NCBI GenBank assembly: GCA_950097015.1
Contig: CATNEN010000001.1
Span: 17,670,001 to 17,734,000, forward strand
DNA length: 64,000 nucleotides
From: Macrostomum hystrix
Lineage: Eukaryota; Animalia; Platyhelminthes
Direction: 5' to 3'
Part shown: in pieces, positions 11,542 through 26,468 of the stretch
How positions within the stretch are numbered: position 1 is the first letter of the stretch
How the letters are laid out: every line of letters starts with the position of its first letter
Position numbers and translations under genes: made by a program
Notes under the pieces: model-generated
Database searches by the model: none
Told to the model about the DNA's origin: nothing
What the model saw: the letters and a program-made list of their open reading frames with translations, nothing else

Positions 11542-12656
11542 TCCTCACAAGCCACAAACCTCACATGACACAAACCTCACAAGACACAAACCTCACAAGC
11601 CACAAACCTCACAAGACACAAACCTCACAAGACACAAACCTCACAAGACACAAACCTCACAAGACACAAACCTCACAAGACACAAACCTCACAAGACACA
11701 AACCTCACAAGACGCAAACCTCACAAGACACAAACCTCACAAGCCACAAACCTCACAAGACACAAACCTCACAAGACACAAACCTCACAAGACACAAACC
11801 TCACAAGACACAAACCTCACAAGACACAAACCTCACAAGACACAAACCTCACAAGACACAAACCTCACAAGACACAAACCTCACAAGACACAAACCTCAC
11901 AAGACACAAACCTCACAAGACACAAACCTCACAAGACACAAACCTCACAAGACACAAACCACACAAGACACAAACCTCACAAGACACAAACCTCACAAGA
12001 CACAAACCTCACAAGACACAAACCTCACAAGACACAAACCTCACAAGACACAAACCTCACAAGACACAAACCTCACAAGACACAAACCTCACAAGACACA
12101 AACCTCACAAGACACAAACCTCACAAGACACAAACCTCACAAGACGCAAACCTCACAAGACACAAACCTCACAAGACACAAACCTCACAAGACACAAACC
12201 TCACAAGACACAAACCTCACAAGACACAAACCTCACAAGCCACAAACCTCACAAGACACAAACCTCACAAGACACAAACCTCACAAGACACAAACCTCAC
12301 AAGCCACAAACCTCACAAGACACAAACCTCACAAGACACAAACCTCACAAGCCACAAACCTCACAAGACACAAACCTCACAAGACACAAACCTCGCAAGA
12401 CACAAACCTCACAAGACACAAACCTCACAAGACACAAACCTCACAAGACACAAACCTCACAAGACACAAACCTCACAAGCCACAAACCTCACAAGACACA
12501 AACCTCACAAGACACAAACCTCACAAGACACAAACCTCACAAGCCACAAACCTCACAAGACACAAACCTCACAAGACACAAACCTCACAAGACACAAACC
12601 TCACAAGACACAAACCTCACAAGACACAAACCTCACAAGACACAAACCTCACAAGC
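11542..12656. repeat. 16-bp minisatellite (CCTCACAAGACACAAA)n, ~70 copies
   Basis: Read directly from the sequence. Confidence 0.97.
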
Positions 12657-13754
12657 GAGGTCAATGTTGAATTTTGATATGTGACTAGCTAACAACTGTT
12701 CCTTATTATATCTAATGCTAAGAGTTTGCCAAACTTTTTAAAAAATGGCTTCTTTTATGGGCTTGCAGTGTTAAATTTGCAGCTGTGAATCGGATACAAA
12801 CATTTTTTTCGAAAACGCAGTCAGTTTAGTTGAAGTCTAACAGAATTAAAAAACAGTTTTTATTCTGCTTCAGAGCTATCTGTGACGTTCCTCCTAAACA
12901 CTACAAAGGAATGCACCGGAAAACATAAATTCAATCAGTGCAGTTCCACTGGTTATTGCTCTGTACTTTATTATAGTATTGTTGAACTGCAAAGCGCAAG
13001 GCACAGCTGCAGTTATAACTATATCAAGTTTGGCTTTGGTAATTGGCAATTAATATGCTTTTTTACTGCATAGAGTAATTTACTTTCATGTTGTTCCATC
13101 TGTGCAGCTCAATAATAGTGCTGCACTAGAAAGGTAATGAAATAGCTAGCTTGTGTAATGCCATTTCGGTAAGGTAAATAAATAACTTTTTCCCCATTTA
13201 TTTTGTACTTAATTCCGTGAAAGCTGTAACATGCCTTCAGTTAATTACACTTCTCACTTCTCATTCGCTATTAACAGTAGAAACACCATGTTATTTTTAC
13301 ACCTGGGATTTTTACACCACTAAATGATCGATTTTCGTAAAATACCACCAAATGAATCAAGCTTTCAAAGCAGTCCGACGTCAGCATCGTCTAGATAGTC
13401 AGTGATTCTTGTTCGAAGACCCTGGATTTGAAATACCCTGAGGTTTCTTTGTACTGCAAAAGTACTGCTGTACTTTTAACGAGTTGTGAAAGAGTGAATT
13501 AGTACATTATTTGTTCCACAAACTTCTAATTTAATCTTATTAGAAATTTCATAATTTCACTGTCGGTCTTTTGATGATTGAAGTTGTCCCTGTAAAATTA
13601 TATTGCACTTCTGCCCGACTGTCGGTACACTCGATTGGAAATTATTCTACCATCACTTCTTGGCTTCATGATTTGTTTGCTACTTAGAGTAGTATCATAT
13701 AAAATTTGCCTCACAACAACGTGTTATTAAAACGTGATGGTATAAATTTCTAAA

Positions 13755-14257
13755 AGGTCAATACTGATATATAATAGGTCGATACTGATATATAACAGGT
13801 CGATACTGATATCTAACAGGTCGATACTGATATCTAACAGGTCGATGCAGATATCTAACAGGACGATACTGATATCTAACAGGACGATACTGATATCTAA
13901 CAGGTCGATACAGATATCTAACAGGACGATACTGATATCTAACAGGACGATACTGATATCTAACAGGTCGATTCAGATAATCTAGCAGGTCGATACTGAT
14001 ATCTAACAGGTCGATACTGATATCTAAAAGGTCAATACTGATATATAATAGGTCGATACTGATATCTAACAGGTCGATACTGATATCTAACAGGTCGATA
14101 CTGATATCTAACAGGTCGATACTGATATCTAACAGGTCGATACTGATATCTAACAGGTCGATACAGATATCTAACAGGTCGATACTGATATCTAACAGGT
14201 CGATACTGATATCTAACAGGTCGATACTGATATCGAACACGTCGATACTGATATCTA
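13755..14257. repeat. 21-bp minisatellite (AGGTCGATACTGATATCTAAC)n
   Basis: Read directly from the sequence. Confidence 0.95.
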
Positions 14258-14637
14258 AAAAAAAGCAACTGGAAATATGAAAAGGCAAATTTTCTAGCTT
14301 AGACAGTCGGGCCCACAATTCCTTATCTTCTTGGGGGAACATTTGCCGGGTGAGGGACGTGACAAAAGCACCGCTTTAGCCATTGCTGATCGTTTTTAAA
14401 AGCAAAATATATGGCACCCATGAGACTGATGGCTGTAGACCAGGGAACTTAAATGAAAGACTAGCGCAAGGAAAATTTGGAAAGATACTAAATCGAAAAG
14501 GTCAGGTGCTTGTGCAGATGGGCCTTAGGTAAGGCAGTTGCACCCTGAACCTTAGCTAGTGGGACATTGCTGGAGCCGATATACTGAATTTTATCACTGG
14601 TTCGTTCTTATGGGCGCGTTGGGTGTGTGATTCATTG

Positions 14638-14858
<221 letters not shown>

Positions 14859-16589
14859 TGGTTACAGTCGTGGCAGTGAAAATGTACTCACAGTATCATT
14901 GCAAATATTGTGACGCTGGCTCTCAAACTTGACTGCTGCTGCTGCTGCTGTGGTCGCAGCCAGTTCAGCTGGCATCGCCAAGTAGCAGTCCTGATTTGCT
15001 AACTATTTGTTCAAGCCCGCTTCGCTTGAAGCAGGCAAGACGCTCCAGACACCACCGCCGGCTTTGCCTTTGGTTTCCTAGGCGATGCTCTTGAATGGTC
15101 GGACAGAGACTAAATATAAGCTGACCGCTAGCTACAATGTCAACAAGTGTCAACAATTGTCTGCTGCCTATTTTTGGACAGGCACCGAAATCCTCTGTGC
15201 TGCTTTTAATACGCAGAGATTTGGCCTGTGTGCCTGCCCAGTCGCAATCTGAAAGCAGGCGCTAAATGCTAAATTCGGGGGGGAATGATGCTTTTATGAA
15301 GGCGGAGAGGCACTTCCAAACCACTCCCACTGAACATTTGCCGGCACAATGAACGCAGAAGCGGATGAAACAGTGTGCAGTGTCTGTGCTGTGCTGCCAA
15401 GTTGAGGGAATGGAAACGACCAGTGCGAACTGCAACTACCGCGATGGGAAGAGAACGGTGGGGAAGGGCCAGTTATATTTGCTTCAGCTTTTGCCCAAAT
15501 CCTGCTGGATTGCATAGTGAGTGGACATGGCTTCAGCGTCTTGTATAGCCGTGTTACAGACAAAGTCCTTTTTGCTGTAGTTTCAAAAATTAAGTGTGCG
15601 GCTTGCGTCTGATGCGAAAACGTCTAATGTGTTTTTTTAGATTAACAGTAGAAAGACCAAGCCTTCCCGTCCTGGAGGAAGACGGCATGTGTATTTCAAA
15701 TGCCCCGCTGCCTACTTCACGATAACTTCCAAACCGAATGCCCGATTTTCGTAAAATAAGGGAGAAATCAAGCATTTTTGCAACTGATCCCACCGACCAC
15801 GGTATGCACTCCCCATGGAAACCCATTTCGCAATAAATAGATGCGTTAGTATAAATCGTTATTTTAAATCGTATAGTGTGGCGTTATAAGATTGAGCGTC
15901 ATTTAAGGTGCAACATTATGACGTCATTTGATGTGCACCTGTCCGTCACAACCCAAATGGGATAAATATTTGAACCAGTCGAATAGGCAAAGCCTTGGTG
16001 CCACACCTAGGCCCCAAGAATTCATCACATACTTGTGGGATAAATGAAAAGACTGAGATTAAGCGGTATAAATCATTTCACTCAGACTGCAGTCGGGGAG
16101 AATACTACAGGTGCCATAGATATTTATCTTTGCTAGTTTGTTCCTAGAATTCTTATGACTGATACAGTTATTGTAGGGGTATAGAATCATAGCAAATCGC
16201 TGCAAATCACAGGCCTTGGATCTAAGACCGTGGCTTCTAATTAAATAATAAAGTGCATTCTCTCAATCAAGTTGATAAAGAAAATTCTAATTCTACTTGA
16301 GGATACTACTTATAGTAGAAAAGCTGGCATTGTAAAATATATAAAAATTATGAAAATCAACAAACTCAGATGCCATAGATGCCATACTTTTATAGCTTAT
16401 CGCATAATCAATTAAAGCAAGTCTTGCAGAAAATGCGTCAAGACTGGGTGAAGAGTTTTACTAATGAAAACTCTTGACTAACTCTCGGTCCATTGGAGCA
16501 TTATCACAATTGAGCACATGCCAACTAAACAGCGGAGAAAGTATTAAAAATTTCCTGGATGAGGGCAATGTCTTGTAAGAGTACATTAT

Positions 16590-16847
16590 GGCGGCGAGGC
16601 CACATTCATTTGGGGCGCAGCCGCGGAGAGAAGGCTTGGGGGCTTGTCGTGCAATTTACGCCCTCGAGGGCCAACCTCCAAGACGCATTGAGAGTGTACA
16701 CTGCCTGACGATGAAAAAGTCAGGGCAGGTTTACACACCTGTGTGAGTGTGTGCTCAGGAGTCAGCGAAATGGGCAGAATTGCCTCCTCGCTGGCTGCGG
16801 GTCTAGTGTCACCAAATGATGTGCCATTGCCCGCAGCCCTCCTGCAA
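16590..16847 (+). mobile_element. tRNA-derived SINE, 5'-truncated copy
   Basis: GCGGCGAGGCCACATTCATTTGGG...CAGCCCTCCTGCAA is nearly identical to the copies at 19.1, 36.7 and 57.5 kb. Confidence 0.8.
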
Positions 16848-17864
16848 GAAATTCGGTAGCGTGTATTGGCCCCAAAAGTCCATGGACTGAAAAACTGTAC
16901 ACAGCAATAGCTGCGGCTGTACATCTGTCTCTACCAGGTCGCGATTTTAAATTCTGGGTCTAATTAGCCAGTCACACATAGATTTACACTACGGATTAAA
17001 AAACTGTACAAAAAGTGCTCAATATGTTCTACATAATTCTATTGCTATGAGACGTTGGACTAGAAAAGCATTTGGCCGCAGACTGGCAGGAATATATACC
17101 AAGAATCACCGAATCAGGCAAAACTTCTACCAGCAGAGGATATTAATCCCAAGATTTGCCGCTAATCTCACAGATGTTTGAGAACGCGTAATCCGTGTGT
17201 ATACAGAAGCATATACTCGTGACTGAAGAGTGGTCGATTAATTTTAACAAAAATAAACGGCATAGCATCGACCTTAATACCGTTTGCTGAGTCAGTGGAA
17301 GAACTTTAATGATTTTCTAATTCGATAATACAGCATATATTGCTCCGTCATTCAGAGCTGTCCATGGACTGAATAGCAGTACACATAAACAAGAACACAA
17401 GAGCTATAAGCCTCACTGAAGTGCTCAAAGTTTGAATCTAGAATCACAACAAGAAGTTCGTTTGTGTGTTTTCAGTTTTCTGCTCCAGTTGATTAGAACG
17501 GAAGAGTAGAACTAAATATGAGAGTTTTAGGCTGCGAGAGGTCCTCGGAGACTGGAAATGCGAAGCATCCGTTACACAAGACTGTAGGTAGCTGTCTTGT
17601 GGCACAGCCAGGCCTTTGGCCTGCGAGCAGGTGAAGTGGAATGCGAAAGCTTCAAGTTGCCAGGAGACAAGGAAAGCAGGAAATTCACCTGACAAATTTG
17701 GCTACGGATAAACTATAGCTATGTCTATGAAGATTGTAGTAGACAGTTTCAGTAGCATCGACTGTCTGTTACTAACTTTTAAAATAGACAATATTTGCCA
17801 CTTTATGAGAAAGACTGTTATGATTTTCACCGATAGAAAACACTGCATGACTAGGATATTATAA

Positions 17865-18513
17865 GTATGAGAAAGGCAGTATGAGACAGTATGAGAAAGA
17901 CAGTATGAGAAAGACAGTATGAGAAAGACAGTATGAGAAAGACAGTATGAGAAAGACAGTATGAGAAAGGCAGTATGAGGAAGACAGTATGAGAAAGGCA
18001 GTATGAGAAAGGCAGTATGAGAAAGGCAGTATGAGGAAGACAGTATGAGAAAGGCAGTATGAGGAAGACAGTATGAGAAAGGCAGTATGAGAAAGGCAGT
18101 ATGAGAAAGGCAGTATGAGAAAGGCAGTATGAGAAAGGCAGTATGAGAAAGGCAGTATGAGGAAGACAGTATGAGAAAGGCAGTATGAGGAAGACAGTAT
18201 GAGAAAGGCAATATGAGAAAGACAGTATGAGAAAGGCAGTATGAGAAAGACAATATGAGGAAGACAGTATGAGAAAGACAATATGAGAAAGACAGTATGA
18301 GAAAGGCAGTATGAGAAAGACAGTATGAGAAAGACAGTATGAGAAAGGCAGTATGAGAAAGGCAATATGAGAAAGGCAATATGAGGAAGACAGTATGAGA
18401 AAGACAGTATGAGAAAGGCAGTATGAGAAAGGCAATATGAGAAAGGCAGTATGAGGAAGACAGTATGAGAAAGGCAGTATGAGAAAGGCAGTATGAGAAA
18501 GGCAGTATGAGAA
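17865..18513. repeat. 14-bp minisatellite (GTATGAGAAAGGCA)n
   Basis: Read directly from the sequence. Confidence 0.96.
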
Positions 18514-19127
18514 GCAGAGCATGAAATACATATATCAGAAAGAGCACACGAGCACAGAGTGCAGGGACAAACTCAGTTGAACCGAGCCCAAATATTTTCA
18601 ACAGACAAAAGAGTTCCCCTTTCTCAAAAGCAGCAAACTAAAGTGTAGCAACAGCTGGAGCAGGGCTGCCTTACAAAGGATGAAATCACAATTTGGCTAA
18701 CAGTCACGGCGCAGAATCGACAAGCCAGTCAGTCTTTTGTGAGTAGCTAACCCACCCATGAGAACACTAGCTAATCATTCTCACTTTCCGCTCTATTAAT
18801 CATTTTGAGAACAGGTTTACAGACTCGAGAAGCCGCCTCACACAGTAAGCAAGGCTTATTAAAATGAGGAAACCAGACAAAGCCGGCCACAATGCGTATG
18901 AAGTGAATGGCGAAGTTCATTTGGGCCTAAAATACAAGTGCTCTAATTAGCTTGAAGTAATGGAAATTAGATTCTTTATAATTTAATTTTTACGACGAAT
19001 GTAGCAAGTATTTACGAGTATATTATACGTTATTGCGAGCCACATGAACCTAGCAGCAAATTTAAATTTTACCGACAAGTTTACTTAAAAGGTTTATTGA
19101 TTATTGGTTAGATCACTTAGCCAATTA

Positions 19128-19451
19128 TCACGCACCATGGACCCTGAGCTCGATTCCGCGGCGAGGCCACACTCATTTGGGGCGCAGCCGCGGAGAGAAG
19201 GCTTGGGGGCTTGTCGTGCAATTTACGCCATTGAGGGCCAACCTCCAAGGCACAGTGAGAGGTACACTGCCTGACGATGAGACAGTCAGGGCAGATGTAC
19301 ACACCTGTGTGAGCGTATGCCTGCGTTAGGTATCTGTGTGCATGTGTGCTCAGGAGTCAGCGAAATGGGCAGAATTGCCTCCTCGCTGGCTGCGGGTCTA
19401 GTGTCACCAAATGATGTGCCATTGCCCGCAGCCCTCCTGCAATTATTATTC
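19128..19451 (+). mobile_element. tRNA-derived SINE copy with (ATT)n tail
   Basis: B-box-like GAGCTCGATTCC, shared body, tail AATTATTATT. Confidence 0.82.
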
Positions 19452-19539
19452 ATATTTATTTATCACTGATTCACTCACTGAAGTGAATCTGTTCTTTTGT
19501 GATCTCCCCCACCGTGAGTCAGCTGTCCAGGTCACTCAC

Positions 19540-19653
19540 CTGCTGTCTGATTTGCTTCGGCTCATCGTACTGCGCGAGTTCACTGGCATCAATGACGAAC
19601 CGAAGCTGCGTCGAAAGCCGAACGCAGAGTTCAGGCCATAGAAGCCGCCGATC

Positions 19654-19693
<40 letters not shown>

Positions 19694-19736
19694 TGCCGCC
19701 GCCACGAATCCTGATGCTCTGGCTTCGACCCCACAT
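19540..19736 (-). CDS. Candidate alternative first coding exon of Shaker (MWGRSQS...GGFYGL...KSDS)
   Basis: ATG at 19736, open frame, strong donor CAG|GTGAGT in phase 2. Confidence 0.55.
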
Positions 19737-19800
19737 TGGATGGAGCTGTGGCAATCTCAGTTGCTGGGTGAATCTTTTCAGCTTTCCGATGCGCACTTAC

Positions 19801-19826
19801 CTCAAAACAGCCATTACCCAGCACAT
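19801..19826 (-). CDS. Candidate very short alternative N-terminus of Shaker (MCWVMAVL-R)
   Basis: ATG at 19826, then 8 codons plus AG, then consensus donor GAG|GTAAGT in phase 2. Confidence 0.45.
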
Positions 19827-20257
19827 ATTGTGATCTCGCCTGGACCAACTGACCAATCAGATCGCGCTGTCCGCCCACCCGCCCACCCGGCCCAGTCTCA
19901 AGCAGGAAATCTGAAGCGAAAATGAGCCCTCAGCAGGGAGACATGTCACACCTCACAGTCAGTTCCTGCCTCCCACTCTCCTGCTCACTCATTCGCCTCA
20001 AGCGTCCTATAAAAAACATCCCACCGATGCTAAGAAATATGTATTAGCACCTGTGTAGATCATATTTAGGAAATAGTACAAACCTGCCATTTCATTGGCT
20101 GCCTGTTTGTGATCCTCAGTTATAAAGCACTGACCGTTTAAGTCTCAGGTGGCATTTCAGCGATGCATGTCCTTGAGAACCTGAGATGCTGGTCAGTACT
20201 TCCCGAAGAAACTGCTGGGAATCTGAAATTTCCCAAAAACATACCGTAGATACAGCA

Positions 20258-21636
20258 ATGAAGATCCCATAGAAACTATACTGAAGATCCCATACACACT
20301 ACACTGAAGATCCCACACAAACTATACTGAAGATCCCATACACACTGCACTGAAGATCCCACACAAACCGCACTGAAGATCCCATACACACTGCACTGAA
20401 GATCCCATTCACACTGCCTGAAGATCCCACACAAACCGCACTGAAGATCCCATACACACTGCACTGAAGATCCCATACAAACTATACTGAAGATCCCATA
20501 CACACTGCACTGAAGATCCCATACACACTACACTGAAGATCCCATACAAACTATACTGAAGATCCCATACACACTGCACTGAAGATCCCATACACACTGC
20601 ACTGAAGATCCCATACACACTGCACTGAAGATCCCATACACACTGCACTGAAGATCCCATACACACTGCACTGAAGATCCCATACACACTGCACTGAAGA
20701 TCCCATACACACTGCACTGAAGATCCCATACAAACTATACTGAAGATCCTATACACACTGCACTGAAGATCCCACACACACTGCACTGAAGATCCCATAC
20801 AAACTATACTGAAGATCCCATACACACTGCACTGAAGATCCCATACACACTGCACTGAAGATCCCATACACACTGCACTGAAGATCCCATACACACTGCA
20901 CTGAAGATCCCATACACACTACACTGAAGATCCCATACACACTGCACTGAAGATCCCACACAAACTACACTGAAGATCCCATACACACTGCACTGAAGAT
21001 CCCATACACACTGCACTGAAGATCCCATACACACTGCACTGAAGATCCCATACACACTGCACTGAAGATCCCATACAAACTACACTGAAGATCCCATACA
21101 CACTGCACTGAAGATCCCATACACACTGCACTGAAGATCCCACACACACTGCACTGAAGATCCCACACAAACTACACTGAAGATCCCACACAAACTACAC
21201 TGAAGATCCCACACAAACTACACTGAAGATCCCACACAAACTACACTGAAGATCCCACACAAACTACACTGAAGATCCCACACAAACTACACTGAAGATC
21301 CCATACACACTGCACTGAAGATCCCATACACACTGCACTGAAGATCCCATACACACTGCACTGAAGATCCCATACACACTGCACTGAAGATCCCACACAC
21401 ACTGCACTGAAGATCCCACACAAACCGCACTGAAGATCCCACACAAACTACACTGAAGATCCCACACAAACCGCACTGAAGATCCCACACAAACTACACT
21501 GAAGATCCCACACAAACTACACTGAAGATCCCACACAAACTACACTGAAGATCCCATACACACTGCACTGAAGATCCCACACAAACTACACTGAAGATCC
21601 CATACACACTGCACTGAAGATCCCATACACACTGCC
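20258..21636. repeat. 23-bp minisatellite (ACTGAAGATCCCATACACACTGC)n, ~60 copies
   Basis: Read directly from the sequence. Confidence 0.97.
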
Positions 21637-22237
21637 CAGAAGTAGCAAGCATATTTTTAGATCATTTTGTTCTTCACAATGGTTATAAGTACAGAGGGGA
21701 GATGCAAGGCACACAGCCTAGCGGTGAATATGATGCTTTGCATAGGCCAAGCTCCGCCGACTCTCATTATTTGATTCCGACATGAGCAGACTAATGAACG
21801 GATACGATAAGGTTGAGGATATTTTAGCGACTCTACTCTTGATATCGTCTGTTCCAGTGGAATTTGTTCTTTAAAGTCTTCTCTTCAGATGTCTCAGCTG
21901 ATAATGAATTCTAAAAGATGATTATCAGTGTTCTAATTATCAATTCTAGTATTGAAGAGTATAAATCTGTGGATCTGGTGTCAAAGGAAAGCGAAGTATC
22001 TTAGATCCCAATGTTCTCATTATCCAGATCCCAATTTGTCACATTTCCAAGCGTTATCAATGGCATCAGAATTCTGAGTATCAAAGCCACGATTCCCCCC
22101 TCCCGTATCCTCCCTCGACTCACAATCTCAATCCTCAAAATCTCGATCTCACTCTTCGAAATCCTAATCTCTTATTGTTAGAATCTCAACCATCAAAAAA
22201 TCCGAAGACCAACCCTAAAAGAAGACCAATCCTCTCC

Positions 22238-22942
22238 ACAAAATCCTAATCCCACTCATCAAAATCCTAATCCCACCACTCAAAATCTTAATCTCACCCA
22301 TCAAAATCTCAATCCGACCCATCAAAATCCTAATCCCATCCATCAAAATCCTAATCCCAACCATCAAAATCCTAATCCCACTCATCAAAATCCTAATCCC
22401 AACCATCAAAATCCTAATCCCACTTATCAAAATCCTAATCCCACCCATCAAAATCCTAATCCCACTCATCAAAATCCTAATCCCACCCATCAATACCCTA
22501 ATCCCACCCATCAAAATCCTAATCCCAACAATCAAAATCCTAATCTCACCCATCAAAATCCAAATCCCACACATCAAAATCCTAATCCTACTCATCAAAA
22601 TCCAAATCCCACTCATCAAAAATTCTAATCCCACCCATCAAAATCCTATTCCCACCCATCAAAATCCTAATCCCACCCATCAAAATCCAAATCCCACTCA
22701 TCAAAAATTCTAATCCCACCCATCAAAATCCTAATCCCACCCATCAAAATCCTATTCCCACCCATCAAAATCCTAATCCCACCCATCAAAATCCAAATCC
22801 CACTCATCAAAAATTCTAATCCCACCCATCAAAATCCTAATCCCACCCATCAAAATCCTATTCCCACCCATCAAAATCCTAATCCCACCCATCAAAATCC
22901 AAATCCCACTCATCAAAAATTCTAATCCCACCCATCAAAATC
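22238..22942. repeat. 21-bp minisatellite (CATCAAAATCCTAATCCCACC)n
   Basis: Read directly from the sequence. Confidence 0.95.
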
Positions 22943-23431
22943 GCAATCTTTTTATCTATTCTTAATCTCACTGTCGATTTCTAAGCTCACCCTGCATTCT
23001 CAGCCTTATTTTATTACCTATCCACCCCTATTTTTAGTCTAGCAAAGTCTCAATTCATTCCTAATCTCTTTCGAGTACCTCACGCGACACCACCTGTCCT
23101 CATCTTTCCAGGCATTGGATTTAATCAACCCACGGATGGAATTGGCGCCATCTGAAACTGAGATCAGGACTTCCTCCTTTTGTCGAATTCGCAATTGATG
23201 CCGCAGAGATCAGGTCACGACAGGGCATGGAAAAGCACAGAATGCATCGACTAAGACAGCCGATTAAGTCAAACACAAAATGAAAATTGAAGCATGCTAA
23301 AATTTCTCCAATCAAAAAGCGAATTTCAGCGCCAGCAGCAATATTTCTGACTAGAAGAAGAGCGAAGACTGTAAAGATTACTCAACAGGGCAAGGATATG
23401 ATTTCCTAATAAATTAATCATAACAAAAGCA

Positions 23432-24540
23432 TCTAACAGATGCTGCTGTGTCTAACAGGTGCTGTGTCTAACAGATGCTGCTGTGTCTAACAGGTGCTGC
23501 TGTGTCTAACAGATGCTGCGTCTAACAGATGCTGCTGTGTCTAACAGGTGCTGCTGTGTCTAACAGGTGCTGTGTCTAACAGGTGCTGCTGTGTCTAACA
23601 GATGCTGCTGTGTCTAACAACTGACACAACAGCTGCTGTGCTGTGTCTAACAGATGCTGCTGTGTCTAACAGGTGCTGCTGTGTCTAACAGATGCTGTGT
23701 CTAACAGATGCTGTGTCTAACAGGTGCTGCTGTGTCTAACAGGTGCTGCTGTGTCTAACAGATGCTGTGTCTAACAGATGCTGCTGTGTCTAACAGGTGC
23801 TGCTGTGTCTAACAGGTGCTGCTGTGTCTAACAGATGCTGTGTCTAACAGATGCTGTGTCTAACAGATGCTGTGTCTAACAGATGCTGTGTCAAACAGGT
23901 GCTGTGTCTAACAGGTGCTGCTGTGTCTAACAGGTGCTGCTGTGTCTAACAGATGCTGTGTCTAACAGATGCTGCTGTGTCTAACAGGTGCTGCTGTGTC
24001 TAACAGATGCTGTGTCTAACAGATGCTGTGTCTAACAGATGCTGTGTCAAACAGGTGCTGTGTCTAACAGGTGCTGTGTCTAACAGATGCTGTGTCTAAC
24101 AGATGCTGTGTCTAACAGATGCTGTGTCTAACAGATGCTGTGTCTAACAGGTGCTGCTGTGTCAAACAGGTGCTGTGTCTAACAGATGCTGTGTCTAACA
24201 GGTGCTGTGTCTAACAGGTGCTGCTGTGTCTAACAGATGCTGCTGTGTCTAACAGATGCTGTGTCTAACAGATGCTGTGTCTAACAGATGCTGCGTCTAA
24301 CAGGTGCTACTGTGTCTAACAGATGCTGTGTCTAACAGATGCTGTGTCTAACAGATGCTGTGTCTAACTGGCTAGGGTCTGTCCAACAGATGCTGCTGTG
24401 TCTAACAGATGCTGTTGTATCTAACACATGCTGCTGTGTCTAACAGATGCTGTGTCTAACAGATGCTGTTGTATCTAACACATGCTGCTGTGTCTAACAG
24501 ATGCTGTGTCTAACAGATGCTGATGTATCTAACAGATGTT
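23432..24540. repeat. 16/19-bp minisatellite (TCTAACAGATGCT[GCT]GTG)n
   Basis: Read directly from the sequence. Confidence 0.95.
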
Positions 24541-25752
24541 TGAAGTAGTTGTCTAACACATCACATCAGAGGCACAAATAGTGTATTGCTTTTCCAAATT
24601 TTTACAGAATTTTAACTCGTATGTTTAACGATAAAACAGAAAAAATCTAAGATGCATTTCATTCTAATTTTGGCTGAAGCAGCAATCAGAACCGCAAAAA
24701 GCAAAGTTTTTATAGTGCAAAAATCATATTTGCACACTCAAATTTATTGCAGAAGGCATTGCAAGCAACTAACTGATAAGAAGCATATTTTTCTGCGTTT
24801 GTAAAAAAGCAGTCAAAAGCAAAATAGTCAAGTGCGCGAATTTGTAGAAGCTGCAACGGAAACAAGTCGCCAGTGCACTTTTACTAAAAGTACCTAAAAA
24901 TCCAATATTGCACACAACGATTAAAACTAAAAAAACACAAATGAGTAAATTGCATCACAATGCTCTGCATGCTACCGATCAGTAGTGAGAAAAGCAAATT
25001 TAAGTAGTATAATTTTTATTAATAATGTGACATGCTGATTTCAATAGCTAGACGTAGACCTTACAAGAATTAATTTATTAATATTTTACAGAATACGAGC
25101 TAAAATATCTCGCTTTTGCAAAATCTGCTGCAGACAAAGGAAATACAAAAACACAAAGTGACACCAATAAACTCAATTATCGAGTTTTGAGATTTGAGCA
25201 GAAAATTAAGACAGAAATATCAGCAACAAGAAGGCGTCACATAACCAACGAATATTATTTAACGATTTTATCGATCCAAGCAGAAATGAGGTGATTCATT
25301 TAGCAATTTACAACAAAAAATGAAACCAAATCTTTAAGACAAGCTTATAAATGCCCGAGGATAGAAAAATGTTTTTTTGTAATTATTTGTTTAAAGAGAT
25401 TCAACAAGGAAACTAAATTTTAATGCTTTTGAGAAAATGATTATTGGTAAATACGAAATTTAATTTGGCTATATAAATGTTGTAAACATTTCATAGAATA
25501 TATTGCAGTGTAATAGTGCTCAAATGAAAACAGCTGATTAGAATGGCATTTGTGGCCAATTTTAGGAAGACAAAGCGAACAATTTAAGTAGGAAAAATTT
25601 ATTTAAAGAATAGAGGCAGAGAATATAGATATAGGGTCTAGATCAGAGGCCATTGTGCCAGTGTGTGACCGCACCAACAAAACAGAAGCGTACATGAGTA
25701 TCAATGCCAACTGTGAATGCTGCGACTTGTGTGAGTAGGTGGCAGTTCTCAG

Positions 25753-26422
25753 TCAGGTGTGCAAGCAGCGCAGTTTGTCAGCTTCAGCCTGCAGCTCAGC
25801 TAGGCGAGTTTCCAGCAGCCGCACTCGCCTAGCATCGATACCGCATTCAGCGCACACCTCGTCATCCTCGGCGCCATCATCGGCTATGACAACCGCGGCG
25901 GCGGTTGCTGAGGGGCCATTGTTGATGAGCTGCCTGCGAAGCTTCAACAACGTCAGGCGCATGGCGGCAGCCTCCTGGGCCAGGTGTCGGAGATCAGAAC
26001 CGGCGACCAGCACGGCATCGTCAGCCGGAGGCGGGGATGATATCGATCTGGGCCTGCTCGACGAACTGGTGAACGATAAGGAGTAGTTCAACTGGTGATG
26101 ACGCTTCTGCCTTAGAGAGCTTGTCCTGCGAAAGCTGCGGAATGAAAACTGGCTGGCGGCCAGCTGCTGCTGCTGCAGCTCAGTCGCCTGTACCGGCTGG
26201 TCAGCAGCTGGAGTGCCCAGCTCAGACAGGACATCGTCTGTGGCAGCATCTGTGTCAAGCATGAGGTCGTCCGAGTTCAGACTGGCACTGCCGCCTGATT
26301 CGAAACGGTGGCGACTTTGAGACTGCTGCTGCTGCTGCTGTTGCTGCTGTTGCAGCTGCTGCTGCTGTTGCTGACTTGCTGCGGCAACTTGCGTAGCAGC
26401 TGCACCTGACGCTGATGCACTG
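25753..26422 (-). CDS. CCSER/FAM190-like serine-rich coiled-coil protein, last coding exon
   Basis: Acceptor TTCTGACAG| in phase 2, continuing in frame into the track ORF. Contains poly-Q, the motif SLNSDDLMLD and the coiled coil LAQEAAAMRLTLLKLRRQL, both recalling the conserved blocks of CCSER1/2. Confidence 0.6.
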
Positions 26423-26468
26423 CTGTCAGAAGTTTTTAAAATTGTTTTTTAATCTTTTAGAGTAATAT